Below are positions 24,492 through 35,290 of a DNA stretch of 64,000 nucleotides, piece by piece. How positions within the stretch are numbered: the stretch's first letter is position 1; each line of letters starts with the position of its first letter. Both the position numbers and the translations under genes were made by a program. Below the pieces are notes generated by a model. The model had not been told where the DNA came from. It saw only the letters and a program-made list of their open reading frames with translations, and searched no databases. The stretch covers positions 747,440 through 811,439 of the forward strand of contig NW_005201792.1 of the NCBI RefSeq assembly GCF_000372725.1, given 5' to 3'. Source of the DNA: Emiliania huxleyi CCMP1516. Lineage: Eukaryota.

Positions 24492-25480
24492 CGGGAGCGC
24501 GAAGGTCAAAGTCGATCGACAAACACGATCGAAGATCTGGTCTGTGTATCAGCCCGCCGCATGTCGGATGCAAGCGCCGTGCTGCCGCTGGGTGTTTTGT
24601 TATTTTTCGTTGGCGATGAGCGCAGCAACGCTACGGAGATTTTGCATGTACCGCTCTCTCTTACGGCGCCGATGTGGAGGGCAGGCGCCGGCGAGACGAG
24701 CGCAACGGCAAGGCCGAGGCAGATCAGGACTTCAGGAGCGAATGGCTTGCGCCGCGCGGGCTCATTCAGCTGGTGATGCTCGCCGTCTGGTGGGAACCTC
24801 GCCACGCTGCCTCTGGCATGACGATGAGCCATGAGGACCCGGTCCAGCACACCGACGGTCGAAGCACGAAGGCCTTACACGTAGAGGACACGGAGTATTG
24901 GAGTACACGGTGTTGCATGCGCGGGGAATACAGCAACCACGGCGCGCCGCAGGCGCGACCCGAGAAAAGGCCAGACACGAGGGACGAGCGTGAACGGGAG
25001 CCCCACCTCAAATTTTCTCTCCTCCCCACACCCCCGGCATTGTGCTCGTGGCTTAGCGGGTTCGACCTGCAGATGGCTTAGCGGGATGCATCGCAGGCGC
25101 CACCCCGTCCCGACCAAAGAAGTGCGAGGTACTCGTGCTGTGCCATCCCAAACTGTCCCTCCTCTCTCTCGCTCCCGGCCTGGGCCTTTCCTCGCGGCTT
25201 CCCTTGTCTTTTTTTGCCCCCAGCATATTTTGGACGCAGGAGCCAGGTCCGCGCGCGCAAAACTCTTTACATACACTCTCCCTTCCCGTCGCATGCCGTC
25301 ACGGTGCCGACATCTGCATGCCATCAGGCGGGGGTGGCTGCGTCCCACCTTGCGCGTCCAAAATATGCTGGGGGCGTAATCTTCCAAGCTAAGAGTACGA
25401 CGTTTAGCTACTCATGCAAAGCTTTTACGCGGGAAACCAGCACGCCGATCGCTATGCACACATCGCAGATTCGTGCAGTG

Positions 25481-26598
25481 ATGTCGCTGGCGCTCGCCGT
25501 CGGCGTACACGCGACGTCCCCGGTGTGGCAAGCCATTCACCACCACCACCACCACCACCACCACCACCACCACCACCACCACCACCACCACCACCACCAC
25601 CACGTCGGCTTGCAGCGTGTACGCCACCACCACCACCACCACCACTAGCTCCTTGTTTGCCAACAAGCCCGACCTGCAGACCGCGGTCGACCTGTGGTTT
25701 ACGAGGCGGGCTTGTTCGAAGGTGCCCGGTGGAGATGATGGCGGCGAGGGCGGCGGCAGGCACGTGAGCGAGCCCCACGAGTTGTAGTCCGAGGCTGGCG
25801 TGGACGAACGCCTTGTTGCAGTCACTGAGGGATGTGGCGTCGTAGAACATGTCGTACATGTCATGGACCGCCGACACGTCCCACGAGCTGACGTCCTTGT
25901 CGAAGGAGGAGGCGAAGCGGAACATGCTGCTCATGTCGAGAACCGCAGACGTGTCCCATGAGCGACGAGGCGGCTGCCCAGGCGACGTACGGCCACATCT
26001 CGAGCTGGGACGTGAGCCGTATCACCGACATGAAGTGTCTGTTCAGCGCTGACCCGTGGTGCGAGCTGTACGGCGGCGGCGGCTCCACGACCGGCAAGGA
26101 CATGGGCAACCCCGACATTGGGTCGTGGGACACGTCATCGGTCCGCGACATGGACCATGTTCCGCGGCGCCTCCTCCTTCGACAGAGACATCTCCTCGTG
26201 GGACACGCCTGCAGTCGTCGACATGAGCCGCATGTTCCGCGGCGCCTCCTCTTTCAACAAGGACATCTCCTCGTGGGACACGTCGACTGTCCGCTACATG
26301 GACCACATTTCAACGGCGCCTCCTCTTTCGACAAAGGACATCTCCTCGTGGAACACGTCGGCGGTCGTCTTCATGAGCTACATGTTCCAGGGCGCCTCCG
26401 CCTTCGACAAGGACCTCAGCTCGTGGGACACGTCGGCGGTCGGCGACGCCTCATCCTCCCTCAGCGACTGCAACAAGGCGCTCATCCACGCCGGCTTCGA
26501 CGCTCAGACGAGCGCGTGGCCCTACTCGTGGGGCTCGCTGCGTGCCCGCCGCCGCCTCCCCCCCGTCGCCCCCAGCGGTGTGCAAGCCGTTTTGTGAG
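25481..26598 (+). pseudogene. Disrupted DUF285/BspA-type surface-repeat protein gene (frameshifts plus an internal inverted fragment)
   Basis: Pieces lie in several frames: FANKPDLQTAVDLW, SDEAAAQATYGHISSWDVSRITDMKCLF, repeated MFRGASSFNKDISSWDTS, and LSDCNKALIHAGF. The same repeat is encoded on the minus strand at about 25700-25959. Confidence 0.78.
25538..25645. repeat. (CAC/CCA)n trinucleotide microsatellite, two tracts
   Basis: Directly visible. It would encode poly-Pro in the disrupted gene. Confidence 0.95.
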
Positions 26599-27939
26599 GA
26601 CAAGACGCAGGCCTGGGATGACAAGTGCACCTTGGGGGGCTGCAACGGCTGTGCACCGAGTGCTGAGGACCAGACGCAGGCCTGGGATGACAAGTGCAAC
26701 TGGCCACCGTGGGTCTGATCGTGCTGTTCCGGCGCTCTAGACTCGTGTCACATCGGTAGTGTACCCTGTCAGTACGTGGGCACCTTTAGGGTTCTCTCCG
26801 TCGAAACATACAAACGCTGCAAAACACGAGAAATCGATGACAGCCAGACGCGACCCAAGGACCCAACTCATCCGCTCACGCGCGACAAGTATCGAACGTC
26901 CGCTATACGGATGGCCGCTTGAGGACACCTCAACCCCACCCCCTGCGAGATCAGCACTAGTACCGCCGCCACCACCAGACCCGCCACACCTGCCGCCCCC
27001 CTCGCTTGCACCAAGACCGCCCGCCGCCGGCCCCCGCTGCTCACGCCGCCGTGCTATACCTATAGCGATCGCCGTACCTCCGTGGGCAGAGAGTGGAACC
27101 CGCAGAAATAAAGAATAAACCACCCGCGGAAGGGTTCGGAACCCGCGCAACAACTGCTTTTTAAGAGTTATGGTACCTCGCGTTCTTTAGCAAGCGGGTT
27201 CCCAAGGCGGTTCTTTTTTTTCACCCCCCGACTGTGCCTCTTTGGTACTGTGAACGGACCAGGCGCGAGGTAATTCCTTTCCCCGGTGTACCTGTGTTAG
27301 TGCCAGTGCGCGCCCGTCCCGTGCCTAGTCTTGTGCGAGGGTGCGTCAAAGTCTTTTCAGCGGCGCGCGGTCATTGCTGTGAACTTGTATTTTAGATTCT
27401 TTTCACCGTCCCGTGCCCAGTGTCGTGCGCGCGGTCAAAATTCTTTTCACCGCCAAGAATTGGCACGGCCTGAAATGTCAGTCGTCCTCCACACCGCTGT
27501 GGCGTGGCAGACGGTGAACGAGCTAGCGTGCGGCTGCGGGGAGAGCGGCATTGTGCATGGTGCGGAGTGCATTGCCGTTCTTAACGGAGTCGCTTAGGCG
27601 GCTCCGGTGGTGAGCCGGTGTGAGTGCCAGTCCGCGCCAGTCCGCGCCCTTGTTGTGCCAGTGTGCTAAATAAATAAATAGAGCAGTCATCTCCAGGAGA
27701 GATGGGCGACGCACGAACACAGAGGCACAGTGCGCACCCCGCCCCGCTCACAGGGCGTGCATCACACAGACAGGACTGTGTGACTCCTCGGGTTTCTGGG
27801 ACTCGACAGTGTGAATGAGAGAGTTTCAAATTCTTTTCACCCTCGCCAGTGCGCCAGTGCGCGCCAGTCCCGTGCCCAGTGTTGTGTCGCGCGTGTAAAA
27901 ATTCTTTTTCAGCCTTGCATTGCTTCCCGCGCCACGCCC

Positions 27940-29394
27940 ATGTCGGTCGCCGCCGACACCAGCGCCTCGCCGCTCACCGCAGAGTGCGCGCTCGCAAAGT
28001 CCGCCAAAGGCGCCGCGTGCGTGCAGCTCGTGGGTCAGGTGCTCGACAACCCCTCGCTGTACGTGTTTGGCGAGCTGCTCGACATGCCAAACGTGCAGGC
28101 GCTCGCCGACGGCCCTCCCGCGCACGCCGCCGCGTACGAGCTCCTCAAGATCTTCGCGTACGGCACGTGGAAGGACTACACGGCGCGCGCGGCGCAGCTC
28201 GGCCAGCTCTCCGCCGCGCAGGTGTGCCGCGCGGCAAGGGCGGGCGGCGACCTAAGCCCTCACCGAAGCCCTCGCCGCCCCGCGCAAGGCGACCAAGCTG
28301 AAGAAGCTGTCAGTGGTGTCGCTTGCGGCGGCGTCAAAGTCGCTCCCATACGACACCCTCCTCTCCGAGCTCGAGATTGGCTCGGTGCGCGAGCTCGAGA
28401 ACTTGCTGATTGAGTGCGTCTACGGTCCGATCCTCCCTCCTCGCCCCGCCCTCCCTTCCCCACGCGGCCCGCCCCCCGGCGCAGCGCGGCAGCGCGGCGC
28501 CCCGCGCACAACCGCTCGCGGGCAACGCGGCGCGGCTCTGGGGTGTGCCGGGGCTGCTCACGGCCGCTCGTCCGACGCGCCGCGCTGACCCGCCACCGCC
28601 TCCTCCGCCCTCCTCCTCGGCCCGCCCCTCCACCGCCGGCCTCCTCCCGCACCGGCTCCTCGGCAGGCGAGCTCCTCTCCGGAAAGCTCGACCAGCAGGC
28701 GAGGGTCTTCGAGGTGCACCACTCTCTCGGCAGGGACCTCCACCCGTCCGAGGCGCGAGATATAGCCGAGATCACCCGAGATCACACTCTCTCGGCAGGG
28801 ACCTCCGCCCGTCGGAGGCGCACGCGAGCAGACAGCCTCGCACGCAGCCTCACACGCCGTCACGAGGGGGCGTGCGGCTCGCTGTCCATAGGTTGCGCAG
28901 ATGGGCGAGCTCCTCTCGCGCTGGCACTCTGGCGCCCTCGACGCGCTCGGGTCGATCCGCAGCAAGGCTCACGTGCCACCCCAGCCCACCTCCACCCCTG
29001 CCACCCAGCCCACCTCCACCCCTCCAGCCCCGCGCCGCCGCCGCCCGTCGAGCCCGGCCCCGCCTCCCCTCCCCGCCCGGCTAGGCCGCCCCCGCCCTCA
29101 CCGCCCCCGCCCCCACCGCCCCCGCCCCCACCGCCCCCTCACCCCCCTCGCCGCCCCTGCCCCCAGCTCGAGGCGTACAAGGCTCGCTGCGAGGCCGCGT
29201 CGGCCACCGCCGCCGAGCTAAACACCCCCGTCGAGAACGTGCGCGCGAACCTGCGCGCGCAGGACGACTCCGAGCCGGGCGGCGGCGGGGGCGGCGGCGG
29301 CTTCGACGACCGGATGGACTTCGAGGAGGACAAGCAGCGCAAGTCCGGCCGGACCAAGGGCAAGCTCGCGATGGGGTTTGGGCCCCGCAAGTGA
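27940..29394 (+). CDS. COPS7: COP9 signalosome subunit 7 (PCI domain); multi-exon
   Basis: LAKSAKGAAC..L..QVLDNPSLYVFGELLDMPNV, LLKIFAYGTWKDY, KLKKLSVVSLA, LPYDTLLSELEIGSVRELENLLIECVY and LLSGKLDQ..GRDL. Confidence 0.9.
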
Positions 29395-29967
29395 GGCTGC
29401 CCAGCGGGGAGGAGGGGGAGGGGGAGGGCTATGGAGGCGGTGGGGGGCGGGGACCGCCGGGGTCGACTCCGACGCATGGGGCGGACGAGCGGGCGGCCGC
29501 GCGTAGACGCGGCGAGATGGCTGATGGGAGGCGTGTCGGCTGCGGGGGTTGGCACCGGCACTGGGGCCCTCGGAGCAGGCACCCTGGCGATCTCCCCATG
29601 AACGCGCGCCGCACCAACAAGCGCACCAATCGATGCATTGTGTGGTTTTCTCTACGTCGGTGCCCGCGGTCGTTGGCGCACACACCACGCAAAGCTTGAG
29701 GCGGGAGTCGTTTTCTCTCTTTAATAAACAGAGCAGACAACTCTCTCCGCGCCGGAGAGTCGAGAGATGTGGCAGTGGGCGACGCACGCGAACCCGAGGC
29801 ACAGCGCTCAGCGTCAGCGCACCCCGCCCTCGTAGGACGTGCACCACACAGCACACAGGACATGTATCTAGGCGCTGCGCGGCTCCGCAGGATTCCCCTG
29901 ACCCTCATACACAGGCGGAGCGTCTTTTTTGTGAAAAACGATGGCGCATTCTGCGTGGCCGCAAAAA

Positions 29968-31902
29968 ATGGCGCAGCGTCTTCTATTTTGCTGCGTGGCC
30001 ACGGCGGCCGCCGCATCTGTCACGCGACCAGCGGCATCGACACCGCATCTTCTGCGGCTGCGCGGCGGTGCCAAGCCTCCCGCCTTGCCCAAGGCGGTCA
30101 GCGCCAAGCCTCCGGCCGTGCCCAAGACGGTCACGAAGCTGCGCGAGAAGCTCTCGTTTGCGGGCGCGCCTCCGTTCGTGCTCGCGTGCGCCGTGTTCGC
30201 CGCGATGGACTCGCTGCTCCTCGGCTACGACATCGGGTGCGTCTCCGGCATCCTCCTCTTTGTCCAGGAGGAGTTTTCGCTCTCGTCGGCGCAGGCGGAG
30301 CGGTTTGCCGCGGCGATGAACTCGGCGGCCATCGCCGGCGCGCTGGTGTCTGGCTGGGTGGCAGACACCTTCGGGCGCAAGCCCGCGCTTTTCATGTCCT
30401 CGTGCGCCTTTGCGGTCGGCTCCACGCTCATGGCCCTCGCCGGCTCTTACGAGCACCTCGTGCGCTGCCGCTGGCTGCAGGGCTTTGGCGTGGGTGCGGG
30501 GCTGCTCATCTCGCCAATGTTCATCGCGGAGGTCGCTCCGAAGCAGTTCCGCGGCGCCCTTGTCACCCTCGGCGAGGTGTCCCTCTCCTTCGGTCTCCGC
30601 CTCTCCCCCTCACGCTGCGCCGCCGCGATCGCACACTCACCTCTCGGCCTGTTCCAGGCGTGCTGCTCGCCTTTCTGCTAAACTACCTCCTGTCGGGCGT
30701 GCCGAACCAGTGGCGCTGGATGATCTTCCTCGGCGCGGCACCCGACATCCTGCTCGCCCTGCGCATGCTCTTCCTGCCAGAGTCGCCTCGCTTCCTGATC
30801 GGCAAAGGCAAGGTTGACAAGGCGCGCGCCGTGCAGCGCCGCATCCTCCGCCCGGCGCCCGAGGCGGAGGCGGACGCGCAGCTCGACGAGATGGTGCGCG
30901 ACATGGCGACCGAGGAGGAGGGGACGTGGCTCGACCTGCTGCGCCCGCCCACCTCCACCGCGGTCGTGGTTGGCACGGTGATGGCGATGCTGCGGCACGC
31001 CGTAGGCGGCATCGAACCTTCTCGGAACCTCCTCGGAGCCTCCCTGTAGGTGCTTGCGGTGCTGCAGCACGCCGTCGGGATCGAGTCGGCCCTCGTAGAT
31101 GCGGGACACACACTCCTGCTCCGCTCGAGGGCGGCTAATGCGCTGCACTGTGCGCGCCCTGACCTCGGCGTGCCCCCGCCGCAGGTCGATCATCTACTAC
31201 TCGACCAAGATCTTCCAGCAGGCTGGCTTCGAGTCCAAGTCGGCCGCCATCGGAGGCACCGTCGCGATGGGGCTCGTCAAGCTGCTCTTCGAGACGCACT
31301 CGCTGCTCAACCTCGACCATGCCGGCCGGCGGCCGCTGCTGCTCCTCGGCGCTGTCGGCCTCACCGCCTCCCTGCTCGGCCTCGGCCTCTCGATGCAGCT
31401 CAAGCTCGCCGGAGGCGTCGCCGGACCGAGCCCCGCGACAGCTGGGATCTGCGTGTCTCTCGCGGCGTACATGGCCTTCCACGCCCTCTCGTACGGCCCG
31501 ATCACTTGGCTCGTCCTCGCCGAGATCCTCCCAAACAAGGTGCGCGGCAAGGCGATGGGCATCGCCACGATGGCCAACCGGCTCACCTCCTTCCTCGTCG
31601 CCTCCTCCTTCCTCACCATGTCGGAGCGGCTGCAGTGGAGTGGCTCCTTCTACCTCTACGCCGCCGTCGCCGCCGCCTCCTTCGTCTTTTACGCGCTCTT
31701 CGTCCCAGAGACGAGCGGGCTCACTCTCGAGCAGATCTCGCCCATCTTCGCCGACCCCGCGAGCCTCGTCCGGCAGAACGCGGCCGACCTGCGCCGCAGA
31801 GCGACTGCGGTGCTCACCCGAGACAACCTGATCGCCGCTGCCACCGCCGCCGCCCTCTTCGGCTGCATCGCAGTGGGCCTTGGGACCGCGGCTGGCAGCT
31901 GA
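29968..31902 (+). CDS. MFS sugar porter family transporter with an N-terminal presequence; multi-exon
   Basis: LLLGYDIGCVSG, ADTFGRK, FIAEVAPKQFRG, WRWM, LPESPRFL, LQHAVGIESIIYYS, GRRPLLL, YGPITWLVLAEILP..VRG and VPETSG.TLEQI. Confidence 0.92.
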
Positions 31903-32631
31903 CTCTGAGAGGAGAGCGGGGCCGGCCCGACCACACACCAAACCCGCACCACGCACTGAGTCCTCTCACGCCGTAGCTCGTTTGTCATGTGTGAGGGGGC
32001 TCGTTCGTCGCAATCCTAGTAACCTTACCCTCGGCCCTAACTTGACCTAGCTACGCTGTGTGTATCGCTAGCCTCCACGGCTCCAGACCTACTTCTCTCC
32101 ACTTCCTCCACCGAGAGGCGAGAGAGCGGCCGCTTCAGCCTTCACAACCGCTCTCACACACACACACACCTCACACGCACGTGCGGGCACTCCTCGCCAC
32201 GCAAGAAGCTACACGAGAAGGCCCCCCCCCGACCGAGCGGGCCTGTCCACAGAAGTGTCTCTCGCCATCCCCTGCCGCCCTCTGTCGTCTCGTCGTGGTC
32301 GTGCGCGTGTATGTGTGCGTCGTAGGCTCGTGTAGCCCCGTGCGGCCACACTGTTCTTGGTTTTGGTTTTTGAGTAGGTTGCTGCTGCCGCTCGCGGCGC
32401 GAAGCGAACACACGGGCACATGACGGAGGACACGGTCGGGGTTGACCACATGCATAAAAAGAAGTGAACTTCAACTCGAAATTTCTGTAGTTAACACCCA
32501 AGCCTCCCCTCGATCTCTCGCGGCTTGTGGCCGCGCGCGACGCGCAAGCAAAATGCGCGCATACAGAGATTGTGTACATATGGGGCGGGGGGTCGCTCGC
32601 TCGCTCGTCTTTCTCAGTGGCTCGGGGCCGT

Positions 32632-33264
32632 CTAGTCCGAGGGCTGAGGGGCCGGTGGATCGCGGCATCCCACGAACGTGGTGCGCGGGTTGTGGTTCGC
32701 GCCGTTGGCCATCTCGTGGGCCCAACTCCATAGGTCGTTGTCGAGCCCGTTCATCGTTGTCGCCAGCTTGGCCCCCTGCTTTAGCCCGGTGGTTGTTGCG
32801 AGGCGCCGCTCCGCAGGGTCGGCCGTCAAGAAGCGCCCGTGCGGCGTGACTTTCACCGACGTTCGCCGCCGGTTGTCACCCTCGCTGTGCGAGGAGGACG
32901 CGCGCTGCTCGTAGTGGACCGACGCAGTCTCGGATGCGACGTGCTCGGGGATGCCTATGCCGGCGGCAAAGAAGCGGTAGAGGTCCTCCAAGCACTCGGT
33001 GAAGCCCACAACCCAGGAGAAGCCCTCAGCGCGTGTGCCATCGGGCAGGTCGATCGAGGAGCTCAGCAGCGTTTGCTTCGCGCAGCCCTGAGAGTGCCCG
33101 CCCTCCGAGCTTGACGCGCGGCCGCTGGAAGCGCGGAGCTTGTGGGCGCGGTCCAGCGCCTTTGCCATCGCTGCGGCGGCCGCCTCGTCCTCCTCCTCGG
33201 CGCTGCCCTTGACAGCCCACCCCACGTCCTCAAACGGCGCCTTGATCGACGGGTGGGCCGACAT
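32632..33264 (-). CDS. Hypothetical protein (210 aa)
   Basis: Single ORF with an ATG and ordinary composition, lying head-to-head with the GT4 gene. No family recognised. Confidence 0.5.
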   Translation of the reverse strand: MSAHPSIKAPFEDVGWAVKGSAEEEDEAAAAAMAKALDRAHKLRASSGRASSSEGGHSQGCAKQTLLSSSIDLPDGTRAEGFSWVVGFTECLEDLYRFFAAGIGIPEHVASETASVHYEQRASSSHSEGDNRRRTSVKVTPHGRFLTADPAERRLATTTGLKQGAKLATTMNGLDNDLWSWAHEMANGANHNPRTTFVGCRDPPAPQPSD

Positions 33265-33432
33265 GGGAGTCGCCGACCGAAGATGATCAGAAGGACGGCC
33301 GAGTTTGAATCACAGCAAACGTTCTGTGAATACAATTGAACCCGACCAGGGAAAGAATTCGGCGCGCGATGCACTGGCGGCCAAAGCCCGACGGCGAGAG
33401 GCAATCGTGGCACCCGTTTGCAGCTCAGCAGC

Positions 33433-35290
33433 ATGCGCGTCCTCCTCGTGTCCGAAAACGTGCCGCCGCAGGTACCGCAAAGCCCAGCAGGCCGAATGCG
33501 CTTCACACCCGATGCCCATGTCCGTCGGCTGTCCCCCACAGGTCAACGGCATCGCCCGCCGGGTCGGGAAGTATGCGGACGGCCTTCGCGAGCGAGGCTG
33601 CACAGTCACGCTCTGCCACCCGGGGTCTGAGTGCTGCTGGGCCTTCGCAAACCCTTGGAACTTTAGCGCTTCGATGATGGTGTTGCGGCCGCTGGCCTTC
33701 GTCGAGCTCGCCCGCCAGCGCTGGGACGTTGTTCACGTCGTAATGCCTCTCAACCTCTCCGGAGTCTGGCTCCTCGCCGCCTTCCGATTCCTGCACCTCT
33801 TTGGCGCGGACGCGCCGCGGCTGGTCGTCTCGTGGCAACCTCGAGAGCTCCATTCCCCCCTGCCTACATTGATGCGGGCATACACCTTGCGATCCCGACT
33901 TCACCATAGGCACTGCAACCTCGGCGCGTACAACGAGTCCATATTCCCCGCCGGGCTCAACTGGATCACGGAGCGGCTCTGCACAGCGGTCTTCTGCCCG
34001 GTCGGCGCCCTCGCCGACAAGCTGCTCATCCCGACGCCTTCCACCGAGCCGGCGATCCGCGCCGCGTTTGGCGACCGGTGGGGCATCTGCAGCAACGGTC
34101 TCTCGGCTGAGGCCTTGAACGCGTCGAGGCGCGGCCAACGCATTGGTCCATGGGTCACGAGTGGGCTGTTGATGAACAGGCCTTCAACCCAGAAGCGCGC
34201 CACTCGCCCGAGGGCAAGGCGTGGGAGGCGCGCAAGCAGGAGGCGCTGCAGGCGAGCGGCTGCTCGCACCTCCTCCTCTGCGTCGGCCGCCTCTCGCCCG
34301 AGAAGGGCGTGGCGGACCTGATCGAGGCGCTGCCCCTCCTGCCCGGCTGCGCGCTGTGGCTCGTCGGGGACGGGCCCGCCCGCCCGCGGCTCGAGCACCT
34401 CGCGTCTGCGGCCGGCCTCCCCGTCACTTTCTGGGGCTACCAGCGAGGCGCCGCGCTGTCGGCGGTGCGGCTGCCGACCCCGCCGCGCCTCCCGGGCCGA
34501 CCCCGCCGCGCCTCCCGCGAGCCTCCCCCGCCCCTCGGACTGTGTCCGCCTCAGGTCTACACCGTCTGCGACGTCTTCGTCTGCCCGAGCCAGACAGAGA
34601 CGTTCGGCGCGTGCAGCCGAGACGCGCCCGCAGGGCCCCGCAGCCGCCCCCGACGTGCGGGCTGCCTCTCTGCGAGTAGGCCAGACCGTCAACGAGGCTC
34701 TCGCGTCGGGCGTCCCGGTGGCCGTGCCGCGCGTGGGGTGCTTCGCCGAGGCGTACGACGGCTTGCTCGACCGCCAGCGCGACATGTGGTCGCCCGGCGA
34801 CGCGCGCGACATGGCGGCCGCCATCGGCCGGCAGCTGCAGGCTGGCGGGGCGCGCGAGCCGCCGGTGGTGAAGGATTGGGCCACCGCCACGGACGAGCTG
34901 CTGCGCGAGTACATGACGTGCGAGGCTGGTGCCGCGAGGAAGGGGCGGTCGCGGGCGGCGCGCGCGCTCGCGAGCGGTGCGCTCGTCGCCGGCTACCCGT
35001 TCTTTTGGCTGCTCACCGCGGGCGTGACTCTCGCCGTCGTGTGCCTCTCGCTGCTGCGCACGGCGCTCAACGGAGTCGGCTTGCGCGACTATTGCGCGAT
35101 CAAGGCGCGCGGGGCTGAGGGGCAGAGGGGAGCGGGGCTGGCCGCGCCGCCACAGCCCCGACACAGAGAGCCCCACGCCCACCGGGTGTCGCAGGCCCGG
35201 TCTGTCAAGGGCTCCTTCAAGCGCGCCGCCTCCGCGCCGCCCGAGCGGACCCCGAGCCCGTCGCGCGTGCACGACCCGCTGCACGCCTAG
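33433..35290 (+). CDS. Glycosyltransferase family 4 (SQD2/sulfoquinovosyltransferase-like); multi-exon
   Basis: MRVLLVSENVPPQ|VNGIARR, VGRLSPEKG, LVGDGPAR..LE and DVFVCPSQTETFG|QTVNEALASGVPV (the EX7E motif), plus a C-terminal hydrophobic segment. Confidence 0.85.

Noticed and set aside
25214..25864. Poly-His or poly-Val proteins
   Set aside because: They are alternative readings of the (CAC)n microsatellite.
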